Source: Rhodoferax sp. (GTDB lineage Bacteria > Pseudomonadota > Gammaproteobacteria > Burkholderiales > Burkholderiaceae_C). Taken from it: a stretch of DNA of 64,000 bases. The notes beneath the pieces are model-generated. The model saw only the letters and a list, made by a program, of their open reading frames with translations, made no database searches and was not told the origin of the DNA. The DNA lies in assembly GCA_039923645.1 (NCBI GenBank), contig JBDTCK010000109.1, forward strand, positions 7,367 to 71,366. The letters are read 5' to 3'. The translations under genes were made by a program, and so were the position numbers. Each line of letters opens with the position of its first letter. Position 1 is the stretch's first letter. This document shows, piece after piece, positions 42,195 to 53,480 of this stretch.

Positions 42195-44354
42195 ATGATT
42201 GAAATTGAACTCGACGGGAAAAAAGTAGAGGTGCTCGAAGGAAGCATGGTGATGCATGCCGCTGACAAGGCTGGCACCTACATTCCGCATTTTTGTTATC
42301 ACAAGAAACTCAGCATTGCCGCCAATTGCCGCATGTGCCTTGTCGATGTGGAGAAGATGCCCAAGCCCATGCCAGCTTGCGCGACACCGGTCTCGCAGGG
42401 CATGATCGTGCGCACCAAGAGCGACAAGGCCATCAAGGCGCAGAAGTCGGTGATGGAGTTCTTGCTCATCAATCATCCGCTGGATTGCCCGATCTGTGAC
42501 CAGGGCGGTGAATGCCTGCTGCAGGATCTTGCGGTGGGCTATGGCGCTTCGACCTCGCGCTACCAGGAAGAAAAACGCGTGGTGTTCCACAAGGAGGCGG
42601 GCCCGCTCATTTCGATGGAAGAGATGACGCGCTGCATTCATTGCACGCGCTGCGTGCGCTTTGGCCAGGAAGTGGCGGGCGTGATGGAGTTGGGCATGAT
42701 CAATCGCGGCGAGCACGCCGAGATCACAACGGTGGCGGGCGACACCATTGACTCCGAGTTGTCGGGCAACATGATCGACATCTGTCCGGTCGGTGCGCTC
42801 ACCAGCAAACCATTCCGCTATAGCGCCCGCACCTGGGAGCTGTCGCGCCGCAAGTCGGTCAGCCCGCACGACTCCACTGGTGCGAATCTGGTGGTCCAGG
42901 TCAAGAACAACAAGGTGATGCGCGTCGTGCCGTTGGAGAATGAAGACGTCAACGAATGCTGGATTGCGGACCGTGACCGATTCTCGTATGAAGCACTGAA
43001 CAGCGACGAGCGGCTAACCAGCCCCATGGTCAAGCAGGGCGGCGCATGGAAAGTCGTGGACTGGCAGACGGCCCTCGAATACGTGGCCAATGGCCTCGGG
43101 CACATCAAGGCCGAGCATGGACCGCAAAGCATCGGCCTGCTGGCCAGCCCCCACAGCACACTTGAAGAGCTCTATCTGGCGGCGGAGCTGATGCGTGGTC
43201 TGGGCAGTGGCAACATCGACTCCCGTTTGCGCCATGCCGAGTTCCCTGAGTTCGAGGGCGTGCGGTATCTGGGCACATCGATTGGTTCGCTGTCACAGCT
43301 GCATCGTGTGCTGGTGGTGGGATCGAACCTGCGCAAGGACCACCCCCTGTTTGCGCAGAGAATCCGACAATCAGTGCGCTCCGGTTGTGAGGTGAACGTT
43401 GTAAATTCAATAGCAGAACTGGCGTCTCCCGATGCATGGGCGATGCCAGTCGCTCATTCGTTGCTGACTGTGTCGGGTGCCTGGGCCCAGGCACTGGCCG
43501 ATGTGGCAACGGCGGTTGCTGCCGAAAAGGGTGTTGCGGCGCCAGCCGCCGGCACCGCGACCGATGCTGCCAAGGCCATTGCCCAATCGCTGCTTGGCGG
43601 CGAGCGCAAGGCGATCTTGCTGGGCAACGCAGCAGCGCATCACGCCAGAGCGTCCAGCTTGCTGGCGCTGGCCAACTGGATTGGCACGCAGACCGGTGCT
43701 AGCGTGGGCTACCTTACAGAAGCCGCCAACACCGTGGGTGCGCAGCTGGTAGGTGTATTTCCGGATGGCGGCGCCGGTGGTTTGAATGCGGGCCAGATGC
43801 TCGCGGGTGGCCTGAAGGCGGTGCTGTTGCTGAACAATGAACCGGAATTCGATTCGGCGGCTGGCGCATCGGCGAAGACCGCGCTGGGCCAGGCCGACAT
43901 GGTCGTGACGCTGAGTCCATTCAAGGCCAACCTGGATTTCAGCGATGTGCTGCTGCCGATCGCACCATTCACCGAGACGCCGGGTACCTTTGTCAACGCC
44001 GAAGGCCGCGTGCAGGGTTTCCATGCCGTCGTCAAGCCGCTGGGCGAGACTCGCCCGGCCTGGAAAGTGCTGCGCGTGCTGGCGAATCTTCTGGGACTGC
44101 AAGGTTTTGAGTTTGAATCGGCGCAGGACGTGCTCGATCACATGCGAGGCGCGCAGCCGGCCGAAGCGACCCATGTACCCCCGGAGAAATTGAGCAACGC
44201 CACGAGTGGCTCTATCGATCTGGCCACGACCGGTCCAACGCCTCCCGCCGTAGCCAGTATTTACCAGCTCGATGGCCTGGTGCGCCGCGCGTCGTCACTG
44301 CAAATGACGGCAGACGCAAGAAGCGCAGCAATCCTGAAGGGGGTGCAAGCATGA
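42195..44354 (+). CDS. nuoG: NADH-quinone oxidoreductase subunit G
   Basis: [33 protein letters not shown]. Confidence 0.96.
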   Translation: MIEIELDGKKVEVLEGSMVMHAADKAGTYIPHFCYHKKLSIAANCRMCLVDVEKMPKPMPACATPVSQGMIVRTKSDKAIKAQKSVMEFLLINHPLDCPICDQGGECLLQDLAVGYGASTSRYQEEKRVVFHKEAGPLISMEEMTRCIHCTRCVRFGQEVAGVMELGMINRGEHAEITTVAGDTIDSELSGNMIDICPVGALTSKPFRYSARTWELSRRKSVSPHDSTGANLVVQVKNNKVMRVVPLENEDVNECWIADRDRFSYEALNSDERLTSPMVKQGGAWKVVDWQTALEYVANGLGHIKAEHGPQSIGLLASPHSTLEELYLAAELMRGLGSGNIDSRLRHAEFPEFEGVRYLGTSIGSLSQLHRVLVVGSNLRKDHPLFAQRIRQSVRSGCEVNVVNSIAELASPDAWAMPVAHSLLTVSGAWAQALADVATAVAAEKGVAAPAAGTATDAAKAIAQSLLGGERKAILLGNAAAHHARASSLLALANWIGTQTGASVGYLTEAANTVGAQLVGVFPDGGAGGLNAGQMLAGGLKAVLLLNNEPEFDSAAGASAKTALGQADMVVTLSPFKANLDFSDVLLPIAPFTETPGTFVNAEGRVQGFHAVVKPLGETRPAWKVLRVLANLLGLQGFEFESAQDVLDHMRGAQPAEATHVPPEKLSNATSGSIDLATTGPTPPAVASIYQLDGLVRRASSLQMTADARSAAILKGVQA
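43398..43442 (+). repeat. Probable degenerate double-dyad repeat copy in-frame in nuoG
   Basis: GTTG-taaattcaa-TAGC-agaactg-GCGT-N12-GGGC; second spacer is 3 nt longer. Confidence 0.45.
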
Positions 44355-45433
44355 TCGATGCGTTTTATAGCGACGGCCTCGGCCTCGTCGGCGCCCCATG
44401 GTGGACTGTGGTGGTCTGGCCCGTGATCTGGGCCCTGATCAAGATCGTGGCCGTGCTGGTGCCACTGATGATTTGCGTGGCCTACCTTACGCTGTGGGAG
44501 CGCAAGGCGATCGGCTTCACCCAGATACGGCTTGGCCCAAACCGGGTCGGCCCGTCTGGCCTTTTGACGCCAATTGCCGATGCGCTCAAGTTGTTGACAA
44601 AGGAAATTATCATGCCGGCGGCGGCCAGCAAGGGCTTGTTCGTGCTGGGCCCCATCATGACCATCATGCCGGCACTGGCGGCCTGGGTGGTCATTCCGTT
44701 TGGCCCGGAGGTGGCCCTTGCCAATGTGAACGCCGGGCTCCTGTTCCTCATGGCGATCACCTCGCTGGAGGTGTACGGCGTGATCATCGCGGGCTGGGCG
44801 TCCAACTCCAAATATGCGTTTATAGGGGCCATGCGGGCCTCGGCCCAGATGGTCAGTTACGAGATTGCCATGGGCTTTTGCTTCGTGGTGGTGCTCATGG
44901 TGGCCGGTTCGATGAACATGACCGATATCGTCATGGGACAGGGCAAGGGGCATTTCGCCAACATGGGGTTGAATTTCCTGTCGTGGAACTGGTTGCCATT
45001 GCTCCCCGTGTTTGTGGTTTATTTTGTCGCGGGACTGGCAGAGACCAACCGGCACCCTTTCGACGTGGTGGAGGGCGAGTCTGAAATCGTGGCTGGTCAC
45101 ATGGTTGAGTACTCGGGCATGGCGTTTGCCATGTTCTTCCTGGCCGAATACGCCAACATGATCCTGATTGGCATACTGTGCTCGATTTTGTTCCTGGGAG
45201 GCTGGATTTCACCGATCGACAGCGCGGTGTTCAACTGGATTCCGGGCTGGATCTGGCTAGGGCTCAAGACCTTTGTCGTCAGCACCATGTTTCTGTGGGT
45301 GCGGGCCACTTTCCCGCGCTTTCGCTATGACCAGATCATGCGCTTGGGCTGGAAAATCTTCATTCCCGTTACCCTGATATGGCTGGTGGTTGTCGGGGTC
45401 TGGATGCAGACCCCCTGGAACATCTGGAAATAA
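44351..45433 (+). CDS. nuoH: NADH-quinone oxidoreductase subunit H
   Basis: ERK, GPNRVG, SNSKY, AETNR.PFD. Confidence 0.96.
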   Translation: MIDAFYSDGLGLVGAPWWTVVVWPVIWALIKIVAVLVPLMICVAYLTLWERKAIGFTQIRLGPNRVGPSGLLTPIADALKLLTKEIIMPAAASKGLFVLGPIMTIMPALAAWVVIPFGPEVALANVNAGLLFLMAITSLEVYGVIIAGWASNSKYAFIGAMRASAQMVSYEIAMGFCFVVVLMVAGSMNMTDIVMGQGKGHFANMGLNFLSWNWLPLLPVFVVYFVAGLAETNRHPFDVVEGESEIVAGHMVEYSGMAFAMFFLAEYANMILIGILCSILFLGGWISPIDSAVFNWIPGWIWLGLKTFVVSTMFLWVRATFPRFRYDQIMRLGWKIFIPVTLIWLVVVGVWMQTPWNIWK

Positions 45434-45445
45434 GCTGGAGCTGAT

Positions 45446-45967
45446 ATGAATACAGTGATGTCCTCCCCTGATGAATCTGCGTTTTCCTTGCGCGACTTCC
45501 TGTCGAGCTTCATGCTGATTGAACTGTTCAAAGGTCTGGCAGTGACCGGCAAATACATGTTCAAGCGCAAGATCACGGTGCAATTTCCCGAAGAAAAGAC
45601 GCCGGCCAGCCCGCGCTTTCGAGGGCTTCATGCGCTGCGCCGCTATGAAAACGGGGAGGAACGCTGCATTGCCTGCAAGCTTTGTGAAGCGGTATGCCCC
45701 GCCGTGGCCATCACCATCGAGTCGGAGCTGCGCGCTGATGGTTCGCGCCGTACGACCCGCTACGACATCGATCTGACCAAGTGTATTTTTTGCGGCTTCT
45801 GCGAGGAAAGCTGCCCCGTGGACTCGATTGTCGAGACCCATATTTTCGAATACCACGGTGAAAAGCGCGGTGACCTGTATTTCACCAAGGACATGCTGCT
45901 GGCTGTGGGCGACCGCTACGAGGCCGAAATTGCGGCCAACCGCGCGGCGGACGCCAAGTACCGCTGA
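45446..45967 (+). CDS. nuoI: NADH-quinone oxidoreductase subunit I
   Basis: [24 protein letters not shown]; exact start uncertain. Confidence 0.95.
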   Translation: MNTVMSSPDESAFSLRDFLSSFMLIELFKGLAVTGKYMFKRKITVQFPEEKTPASPRFRGLHALRRYENGEERCIACKLCEAVCPAVAITIESELRADGSRRTTRYDIDLTKCIFCGFCEESCPVDSIVETHIFEYHGEKRGDLYFTKDMLLAVGDRYEAEIAANRAADAKYR

Positions 45968-45992
45968 CCGATCGACCGAAAGAAGTCTCGAT

Positions 45993-46664
45993 ATGGATGT
46001 GAAAGCCGCTCTGTTTTATATTTTTTCGGCGGTGCTGCTGTTTGCCGCGTTCCGCGTGATCACTGCCCGCAACCCGGTCCATGCGGCGCTGTTTTTGGTG
46101 CTCGCCTTCTTCCAGGCGGCCATGGTCTGGATGCTGCTCAAGGCAGAGTTTCTCGCCATCGTCCTGGTGCTGGTGTATGTCGGCGCCGTCATGGTGTTGT
46201 TCCTGTTCGTGGTGATGATGCTCGACATCAACCTGGACGGCATTCGCCAGGGGTTCTGGCGGCACTTTCCGCTGGCCGCAACAGTCGGCGCGCTGATTGC
46301 GCTGGAGATGGCCGCTGTTTTAATGGGAGGCTTTGGTGGCGGCGAGCCACCCAGGGTGACCGTGGTGCTTGGGCAGGTGACAAGCCAGTTCTCCAATACC
46401 CGGGATCTGGGCGTGATGCTGTACACCCAGTACCTGTACCCACTGGAGATTGCCTCCGTCATCCTGCTTGTGGCCATCATCGCGGCGATTGCCCTGACCT
46501 TGCGCGAGCGCAAAGACAGCAAGGCCATTAGTGCGTCCGAGCAGGTACGCGTGCGGGCGCGTGATCGTGTGCAGGTGCTCAAGATGACCGCGACCCGACC
46601 CGCCGCTGTGGCCGCAGAAGGCGCCGATGTAGCCGCTCCCGCCAATCCGGAGAAAAAAGCATGA
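45993..46664 (+). CDS. nuoJ: NADH-quinone oxidoreductase subunit J
   Basis: [24 protein letters not shown]. Confidence 0.95.
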   Translation: MDVKAALFYIFSAVLLFAAFRVITARNPVHAALFLVLAFFQAAMVWMLLKAEFLAIVLVLVYVGAVMVLFLFVVMMLDINLDGIRQGFWRHFPLAATVGALIALEMAAVLMGGFGGGEPPRVTVVLGQVTSQFSNTRDLGVMLYTQYLYPLEIASVILLVAIIAAIALTLRERKDSKAISASEQVRVRARDRVQVLKMTATRPAAVAAEGADVAAPANPEKKA

Positions 46665-46969
46665 CTTTGAGCCTCGGACATTTCCTTTCGCTGGGTGCGA
46701 TGTTGTTTGCGCTGTCGGTCATCGGCATCTTCTTGAATCGCAAGAATCTGATCATTTTGTTGATGGCGATTGAATTGATGCTGCTTGCGGTCAACATGAA
46801 CTTCGTGGCCTTTTCCTATTACCTGGGCGACATGGCGGGGCAGGTGTTCGTGTTCTTCATCCTGACCGTGGCGGCCGCCGAATCCGCCATTGGGTTGGCG
46901 ATTCTCGTGCTGGTCTTCCGCAACAAGTCCAGTGTCCGGATCGATGAACTCAATCTGCTCAAGGGCTGA
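46661..46969 (+). CDS. nuoK: NADH-quinone oxidoreductase subunit K
   Basis: [16 protein letters not shown]. Confidence 0.96.
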   Translation: MTLSLGHFLSLGAMLFALSVIGIFLNRKNLIILLMAIELMLLAVNMNFVAFSYYLGDMAGQVFVFFILTVAAAESAIGLAILVLVFRNKSSVRIDELNLLKG

Positions 46970-46999
46970 ACCGCGAGGTTCATCAAATTCAAAAACGAT

Positions 47000-49009
47000 A
47001 TGAGTCAAACCCTCTCGGCCTCAACTCTGCTGGCGGTGCCGCTGGCACCTCTGGCCGGCTCCTTGCTGGCCGGCATTTTCGGCACCAAACTCGGTGGCAA
47101 TGTGATCGGCCGCCGGCTCAGCCATAGCTTCACCATTCTGGGCGTGCTGATTGCCTTCATCATTTCGGCGATGACCCTGAACAGTGTGGTTGTCGATGGG
47201 GCACATTTCAACGAAACCATCTACACGTGGATGGTGGTCGGTGACCTGAAAATGGGAATCGGCTTTTTGGTCGATGGCCTGACCGCCATGATGATGTGCG
47301 TGGTGACCTTTGTGTCGCTGATGGTGCACATCTACACCATCGGCTACATGGATGAGGATGCGGGCTACAACCGGTTCTTCAGCTACATCGCGCTATTTAC
47401 CTTCTCGATGTTGATGCTTGCAATGAGCAACAACATGCTGCAGCTGTTCTTCGGCTGGGAGGCCGTGGGTTTGGTGTCGTACCTGCTGATCGGCTTTTGG
47501 TATACCCGCCCAACCGCCATTTTCGCCAGCCTGAAGGCATTCATGGTGAACCGCGTGGGTGACTTCGGCTTTATCCTCGGGATTGGCCTGGTGTTGGCTT
47601 ACACCGGATCGCTGGACTATTCCGAGGTTTTTGCCAAGGCCGATGCGCTGTCCAAGCTGACTTTCCCTGGAACGGGGTGGATGCTGATCACGGTGATCTG
47701 TATATGCCTGTTCATTGGCGCCATGGGCAAGAGTGCGCAGTTTCCCCTGCATGTATGGCTGCCCGATTCGATGGAAGGCCCGACCCCCATATCGGCGCTG
47801 ATCCATGCCGCCACCATGGTGACGGCAGGCATATTCATGGTGGCGCGCATGTCGCCGCTGTTCGAGCTCAGCGATGCGGCCCTCAGCTTTGTCATGATCA
47901 TCGGCGCGATCACTGCCTTGTTCATGGGTATCCTGGGCATGATCCAGAACGACATCAAGCGGGTCATCGCCTACTCGACGCTGTCACAGTTGGGCTACAT
48001 GACTGTTGCGCTCGGCGCCTCCGCCTACTCGGTAGGCGTGTTTCACTTGATGACGCACGCCTTCTTCAAGGCGCTGTTGTTCCTTGGCGCCGGTTCGGTC
48101 ATTCTTGCAGTACATCACAACCAGGACATCCGCTGGATGGGTGGCCTGCGCAAGTACATGCCCATCACTTGCGTCACCTTTCTGATCGGTTCGCTGTCCC
48201 TGATCGCCACGCCATTCTTCTCCGGGTTTTATTCGAAGGACAGCATCATCGAAGCCGTTCACGCGAGCCACCTGGCTGGCGCCGGCTTCGCCTCGTTTGC
48301 GCTGTTGGCATGCGTGTTCGTCACGGCTTTCTACTCATTTCGTTTGTACTTCCTGGTGTTTCACGGCGAGGAGCGGTATGACCAGAATCCCGATGCGCAC
48401 CATGGCGATGACCATCATGACGATCATCAAAAGCCTCATGAATCGCCGTGGGTGATCACCGTGCCGTTGATCCTCCTGGCAATCCCCTCGGTGGTGATCG
48501 GTTTCATGACCATCGGGCCAATGTTGTACGGTCCGCTCTTCAAGGATTCCATTTTTGTCGACCTGGTCAGGCATCCGGCCATGCAGGAGTTGGCCCACGA
48601 CTTCCGCGGCCCGCTGCAGATGGGCCTGGATGCTTTCGTTTCGGCCCCATTCTGGCTGGCACTGGCGGGGTTCGTCACGTCTTACTACATGTACATGGTC
48701 AACCTGGCGCTGCCCGCTGCCATCCAGCGCAAGTTTCAGGCCCTGTACACCTTGCTCGACAACAAGTACTACCTGGACTGGTTTAACGAAAACGTGCTGA
48801 CGCGCGGGGTTCGCGCCATTGGCACCGGTTTGTGGAAAGGCGGCGATCGTGATTTGATCGACGGCCTCCTGGTCAACGGCTCATGGAAGCTCGTGGGCCG
48901 GGTTTCGGGCGTGGTGCGGTGGGTGCAGTCCGGCTTCCTCTACCACTACGCGTTGGCCATGATCATGGGCGTTTTCGTGCTGATGACCTATTTCGTATGG
49001 CTCAAATAA
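47000..49009 (+). CDS. nuoL: NADH-quinone oxidoreductase subunit L
   Basis: GWEAVG, KSAQFPLHVWLPDSMEGPTP, HAFFKAL. Confidence 0.96.
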   Translation: MSQTLSASTLLAVPLAPLAGSLLAGIFGTKLGGNVIGRRLSHSFTILGVLIAFIISAMTLNSVVVDGAHFNETIYTWMVVGDLKMGIGFLVDGLTAMMMCVVTFVSLMVHIYTIGYMDEDAGYNRFFSYIALFTFSMLMLAMSNNMLQLFFGWEAVGLVSYLLIGFWYTRPTAIFASLKAFMVNRVGDFGFILGIGLVLAYTGSLDYSEVFAKADALSKLTFPGTGWMLITVICICLFIGAMGKSAQFPLHVWLPDSMEGPTPISALIHAATMVTAGIFMVARMSPLFELSDAALSFVMIIGAITALFMGILGMIQNDIKRVIAYSTLSQLGYMTVALGASAYSVGVFHLMTHAFFKALLFLGAGSVILAVHHNQDIRWMGGLRKYMPITCVTFLIGSLSLIATPFFSGFYSKDSIIEAVHASHLAGAGFASFALLACVFVTAFYSFRLYFLVFHGEERYDQNPDAHHGDDHHDDHQKPHESPWVITVPLILLAIPSVVIGFMTIGPMLYGPLFKDSIFVDLVRHPAMQELAHDFRGPLQMGLDAFVSAPFWLALAGFVTSYYMYMVNLALPAAIQRKFQALYTLLDNKYYLDWFNENVLTRGVRAIGTGLWKGGDRDLIDGLLVNGSWKLVGRVSGVVRWVQSGFLYHYALAMIMGVFVLMTYFVWLK

Positions 49010-49022
49010 GGAAAAAAGAAAA

Positions 49023-50498
49023 ATGGGATTGTTGAGCCTGGCCATCTGGACACCGATTTTTTTCGGCGTCGCCCTGCTGGCGTTTGGCCGGGACGAGTAC
49101 GCCCGGGCTGTGCGCTGGGTCGCCCTGATTGGTGCCACGATCAGCCTGTTGATCACGTTGCCGTTGTACACCCGCTTCAAGCTCGGCACCGCTGCCATGC
49201 AGTTTGTCGAAAACCATAGCTGGATGTCGCGCTTCAATATCAACTACCACCTGGGGGTGGACGGCATCTCGCTCTGGTTTGTGCTGCTGACCGCGTTCAT
49301 CACGCTGATCGTGATCATTGCCAGTTGGGAGTCGATCACCGAGCGGGTGAACCAGTACATGGCTGCCTTCCTGGTCCTCAGCGGCTTGATGATCGGTGTG
49401 TTCAGCGCACTGGACGGCATGCTGTTTTACGTGTTCTTCGAGGCCACGCTGATACCGATGTACCTGATCATCGGCGTCTGGGGCGGCCCGAACAAAATCT
49501 ACGCAGCCTTCAAGTACTTTCTCTATATGTTGTTGGGCTCACTGATGATGCTCATCACCATGATCTATTTGTACGTCAAATCGGGTGGTAGTTTTGATCT
49601 CTCGGTCTGGTATGCAATGCCGTTGAGCGCTACTGCGCAGACCTTGCTGTTTTTCGGCTTCTTCGCAGCCTTCGCGGTCAAGATCCCGATGTGGCCCGTG
49701 CACACCTGGCTGCCTGATGTGCACGTCGAAGCCCCGACCGGTGGCTCTGCCATCCTGGCTGCCATCATGCTCAAGCTCGGGGCGTACGGGTTTGTGCGCT
49801 TTGCCATGCCGATTGCGCCCGATGCCGCGCATGAATGGGCGTGGCTGATGATCACGCTGTCGTTGATTGCTATCATTTATGTGGGAGTGGTGGCTCTGGT
49901 GCAGCCCGACATGAAAAGGCTTGTGGCCTATTCGTCTGTGGCTCACATGGGATTCGTGACGTTGGGATTCTTTATCTTCAACGAACTGGGTATGGCGGGC
50001 GGGATCGTCCAGATGATCGCTCACGGCTTCGTGTCGGCGGCGATGTTCCTGTGCATCGGCGTGCTGTATGACCGCGTGCATTCGCGCCAGATCGCCGATT
50101 ATGGCGGCGTGATCAATGTCATGCCAAAATTTGCCGCGTTCGCTTTGCTCTTTGCGATGGCCAACAGCGGTCTGCCGGGCACCGTGGGTTTTGTCGGCGA
50201 GTGGATGGTGATCCTGGGCGGCGTCAAGTTCAACTTCTGGGTTGGACTGGCGGCGGCGTCGGCGCTGATCTGGGCCGCTGGCTACACCTTGTGGATGTAC
50301 AAGCGGGTCTATCTCGGACCCGTCGCCAACGATCACGTCAAGTCCATGCCTGACATCAATAGCCGGGAGTTCTTGATGTTGGCGCTGCTGGCCATCGCCG
50401 TGCTCTACGTGGGTGTCTATCCGAAGCCCATGACCGATGTCATGAATGCCTCCGTGGTGGACCTGCTCAAACATCTGGCCGTGTCCAAGCTGAATTGA
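49023..50498 (+). CDS. nuoM: NADH-quinone oxidoreductase subunit M
   Basis: FFEATLIP, K.PMWPVHTWLPD, LK.G.YG. Confidence 0.96.
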   Translation: MGLLSLAIWTPIFFGVALLAFGRDEYARAVRWVALIGATISLLITLPLYTRFKLGTAAMQFVENHSWMSRFNINYHLGVDGISLWFVLLTAFITLIVIIASWESITERVNQYMAAFLVLSGLMIGVFSALDGMLFYVFFEATLIPMYLIIGVWGGPNKIYAAFKYFLYMLLGSLMMLITMIYLYVKSGGSFDLSVWYAMPLSATAQTLLFFGFFAAFAVKIPMWPVHTWLPDVHVEAPTGGSAILAAIMLKLGAYGFVRFAMPIAPDAAHEWAWLMITLSLIAIIYVGVVALVQPDMKRLVAYSSVAHMGFVTLGFFIFNELGMAGGIVQMIAHGFVSAAMFLCIGVLYDRVHSRQIADYGGVINVMPKFAAFALLFAMANSGLPGTVGFVGEWMVILGGVKFNFWVGLAAASALIWAAGYTLWMYKRVYLGPVANDHVKSMPDINSREFLMLALLAIAVLYVGVYPKPMTDVMNASVVDLLKHLAVSKLN

Positions 50499-50521
50499 CC
50501 CGTTGCATTGAGAACTAGAAG

Positions 50522-52009
50522 ATGATTGACAAACTCAGTTGGATCTCGGTTTACCCCCAGGTCGTGCTTTTGATACTGGCCTGCGTGATCGCACTGGTGG
50601 ATTTGACCGTGACCAGCACGCGTCGCACGGCGACCTACGTGCTGACCCTGCTGGCGCTGGGCGTGGTCGCGCTGCTGGAGGGGCTGTATGCCAGTGGTGG
50701 CAACACCATTTATGGTTTCGGCAATATGGTGGTTAGTGACCCGATGGGCAACTGGCTCAGCTGTTTTGTCACCGTCGCAATGATGGCGATACTGGTGTAC
50801 GGGCGTCCGTACGGCGCTGATCGCGGCATGATGCGCGGGGGGGAGTTGTTTACCCTCAGCATGTTTTCGGTGCTGGGCATGTCGATCATGATTTCGGGCA
50901 ACAACTTCCTGGTGATCTATCTGGGCCTGGAGTTGCTCATGTTGACCAGCTATGCGCTGGTGGCCTTGCGCCGTGAGCACGTGGTGTCCACCGAAGCGGC
51001 CATGAAGTATTTCGTCCTCAGCGCGCTTTCCAGTGGTTTTCTGCTGTATGGCATGTCCATGATTTACGGCGCCACGGGTTCACTGGAAATTGGCGAGGTG
51101 TTCAAGGCGGTCAATTCGGGTCATCTCAATCACCAGGTTCTGATCTTTGGTTTGGTCTTCATCGTGGCCGGTCTCGGGTTCGAGCTCGGGGCGGTGCCGT
51201 TTCACATGTGGCTGCCGGACGTCTATGAAGGTGCGCCAACCGTGGTGAGCGTGATCATTGCGAGCGCGCCCAAGCTGTCGGCGTTTGCCATCTGCATCCG
51301 GCTGCTGGTGGAGGGTCTGCTACCGCTGGCGATCGACTGGCAGCAGATGCTGGGGATTTTGGCGATCGGGTCACTGCTGATCGGCAACGTGGTGGCGATC
51401 TCGCAAACCAATTTCAAGCGCATGCTCGGCTACTCGACCATTTCGCAAATGGGCTTTGTGATCCTGGGCCTGATGTCGGGTGTGGCCAACGGCAACACGC
51501 TGTCCGCTGCGAACGCGTACAGCTCGGCGATGTTCTACGCATTGACCTATGTGCTGACCACGCTGTCGGCCTTCGGCGTCATCCTGTTACTGGCGCGCGA
51601 GGGATTTGAGAGCGAGGAGATTTCCGACCTGGCCGGCCTGAACCGCGTGAGCCCGCTCTATGCGGGCGTCATGGCGGTGGCGATGTTCTCGTTTGCCGGA
51701 ATTCCGCCGCTCATGGGCTTTTACGCCAAGCTGTCGGTGTTGCAGGCGCTGATCTCGACAGGGCTGCCATCGTATATAGCGCTGGCGGTGTTTGCCGTGA
51801 TCATGTCGCTGATCGGTGCATTCTTTTACCTGCGCGTGATCAAGGTCATGTATTTTGATCCACCCATCACGGCTGCCACGATCTCGGCGTCGGCCGATGT
51901 GCGCATTGTGCTGTCTCTCAACGGTGCTCTGGTGCTGATGCTCGGTGTGCTGCCGGGCGGCCTGATGGCACTGTGCGCGCGGGCCATCGTGGCGACGCTG
52001 GGAACTTGA
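50522..52009 (+). CDS. nuoN: NADH-quinone oxidoreductase subunit N
   Basis: EAAMKYF, PFHMWLPDVY.GAP, KRML.YS, GIPP..GF.AK. Confidence 0.95.
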   Translation: MIDKLSWISVYPQVVLLILACVIALVDLTVTSTRRTATYVLTLLALGVVALLEGLYASGGNTIYGFGNMVVSDPMGNWLSCFVTVAMMAILVYGRPYGADRGMMRGGELFTLSMFSVLGMSIMISGNNFLVIYLGLELLMLTSYALVALRREHVVSTEAAMKYFVLSALSSGFLLYGMSMIYGATGSLEIGEVFKAVNSGHLNHQVLIFGLVFIVAGLGFELGAVPFHMWLPDVYEGAPTVVSVIIASAPKLSAFAICIRLLVEGLLPLAIDWQQMLGILAIGSLLIGNVVAISQTNFKRMLGYSTISQMGFVILGLMSGVANGNTLSAANAYSSAMFYALTYVLTTLSAFGVILLLAREGFESEEISDLAGLNRVSPLYAGVMAVAMFSFAGIPPLMGFYAKLSVLQALISTGLPSYIALAVFAVIMSLIGAFFYLRVIKVMYFDPPITAATISASADVRIVLSLNGALVLMLGVLPGGLMALCARAIVATLGT

Positions 52010-52034
52010 TGGCTCATTGAATCGTCTATTTCAA

Positions 52035-52337
52035 GTGTCCCAATCCGTTTCAGTGTGGGTCGTGTTGCTGGTGGCTTTTTGCGCCGCCAATCTGCCCTTT
52101 GTGAACCAGCGCCTGCTGGTGGTGATCCCGCTGTCCGCGCCTAAGATCCTTGCGGTGAGGCTGGCCGAGTTGGTGATTTTCTACTTTATCACGGGGGGCA
52201 TCGGGCTCGCCCTGGAAAACCACGCAGGTCAGATCGCACCCCAAGGCTGGGAGTTCTATGCCATTACCAGTGCGTTGTTCGTGACTTTTGCGTTTCCGGG
52301 TTTTGTCTATCGCTACCTCATCGCGCATCGGCATTGA
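52035..52337 (+). CDS. DUF2818-like membrane protein
   Basis: AANLPF, QGWEFY, AFPGFV.RYL; typical position after nuoN; GTG start assumed. Confidence 0.75.
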   Translation: MSQSVSVWVVLLVAFCAANLPFVNQRLLVVIPLSAPKILAVRLAELVIFYFITGGIGLALENHAGQIAPQGWEFYAITSALFVTFAFPGFVYRYLIAHRH

Positions 52338-52357
52338 TGCGATGAGGTCTCACCGCA

Positions 52358-52963
52358 ATGGATGACAGCCATCTGGTTGAACAAAAAACCTTCAGCCAGG
52401 AGTTGTTCAAGGGCCATTTCCTCCACGCCTTTCGTGACATGGTGCGCCTGCCTGATGGCACCCTGGCATCGCGCGAGTATGTCGTGCATCCCGGCGCCGT
52501 GATGATTATTGCCCTGTTGGAAGACCCGCCCGGCTCCTGGAGTGTGGTGCTGGAGCGCCAGTACCGTTATCCGGTGCAGCGGGTCATGGTCGAATTTCCC
52601 GCCGGCAAGCTGGACCCCGGCGAAGATGTGCTGGCCTGCGCAAGGCGCGAACTGCTTGAAGAGACCGGCTACTCGGCCCGGCAATGGGCGCGCGCCGGAG
52701 TGCTGCACCCTGCCATTTCCTATTCGACCGAATTTATTGACATCTGGTTTGCCAGGGATTTGAGCCCTGGACAGCGCCAGCTCGATGCAGGTGAATTCCT
52801 GGATGTATTCACGGCAACACCTGCCGAGCTGCTGCAGTGGTGCTGCGAGGGCGCTGTGACCGATGCCAAAACGCTAGCCGGAGCCTTGTGGCTGCAAAAC
52901 GCGCTGTCGGGCGCATGGCCACTGCACTGGCAGGATGGGCCGGCGCCGCACGCCGGCTCATAA
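52358..52963 (+). CDS. NUDIX hydrolase (ADP-ribose pyrophosphatase-like)
   Basis: GKLDPGE..LACARRELLEETG Nudix box. Confidence 0.9.
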   Translation: MDDSHLVEQKTFSQELFKGHFLHAFRDMVRLPDGTLASREYVVHPGAVMIIALLEDPPGSWSVVLERQYRYPVQRVMVEFPAGKLDPGEDVLACARRELLEETGYSARQWARAGVLHPAISYSTEFIDIWFARDLSPGQRQLDAGEFLDVFTATPAELLQWCCEGAVTDAKTLAGALWLQNALSGAWPLHWQDGPAPHAGS

Positions 52964-52970
52964 TCCCGTC

Positions 52971-53447
52971 ATGAAAGTCCTCAATCTTCAGTGTGCCGAC
53001 CAGCAGCATTCGTTTGAAGGCTGGTTTGCGTCTGAAGACGATTTCCAGGATCAGGTCGCGCGTGGTTTGCTGGAATGCCCGCTGTGTGGCGCCAAAGACG
53101 TGCTGAAATTGCCCAGTGCGCCCCGCCTCAATCTGGGCGCCGCGCGCGAACGCGAGGCGGCGCGGGCCGATGCTGTCCCGTCTCAAACGCCGCCGTCGAC
53201 GTCGGACATGTTCGCGCCCGCCGGCGCGGGGCATCAGGCAACGCTGCTCAGAGCATTGCGCGAGCTGGTGGCTCACACTGAAGACGTGGGCGAGCATTTC
53301 GCTCAGGAAGCCCGGCGCATTCATTATGGGGAAACGGAACATCGGAAAATCCGCGGCCGGGCCAGCGCGCGCGAGGCCCTGGAGCTGCTGGAGGAGGGCA
53401 TCGAGGTGATGCCGCTGCCCGCTGCCGTGAAAGATACCTTGCAGTAA
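52971..53447 (+). CDS. DUF1178 family protein
   Basis: C...H.FEGWF, CPLCG, VG..FA.EARRIHYGE. Confidence 0.85.
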   Translation: MKVLNLQCADQQHSFEGWFASEDDFQDQVARGLLECPLCGAKDVLKLPSAPRLNLGAAREREAARADAVPSQTPPSTSDMFAPAGAGHQATLLRALRELVAHTEDVGEHFAQEARRIHYGETEHRKIRGRASAREALELLEEGIEVMPLPAAVKDTLQ

Positions 53448-53480
53448 GGCCGGCTCCGCGGCGGCTTCGGCCGACCCCGA

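Noticed and set aside
45440-45480. GCTG-N9-CAGT-N7-TCCC-N9-CTGC at the nuoI start; similar weak patches at 19246, 58147 and 63202
   Set aside because: Too many mismatches or shifted spacing to separate from chance without a scored model.
48390-48440. His/Asp-rich stretch in NuoL (DAHHGDDHHDDHQKPHE)
   Set aside because: A common variable loop in proteobacterial NuoL.
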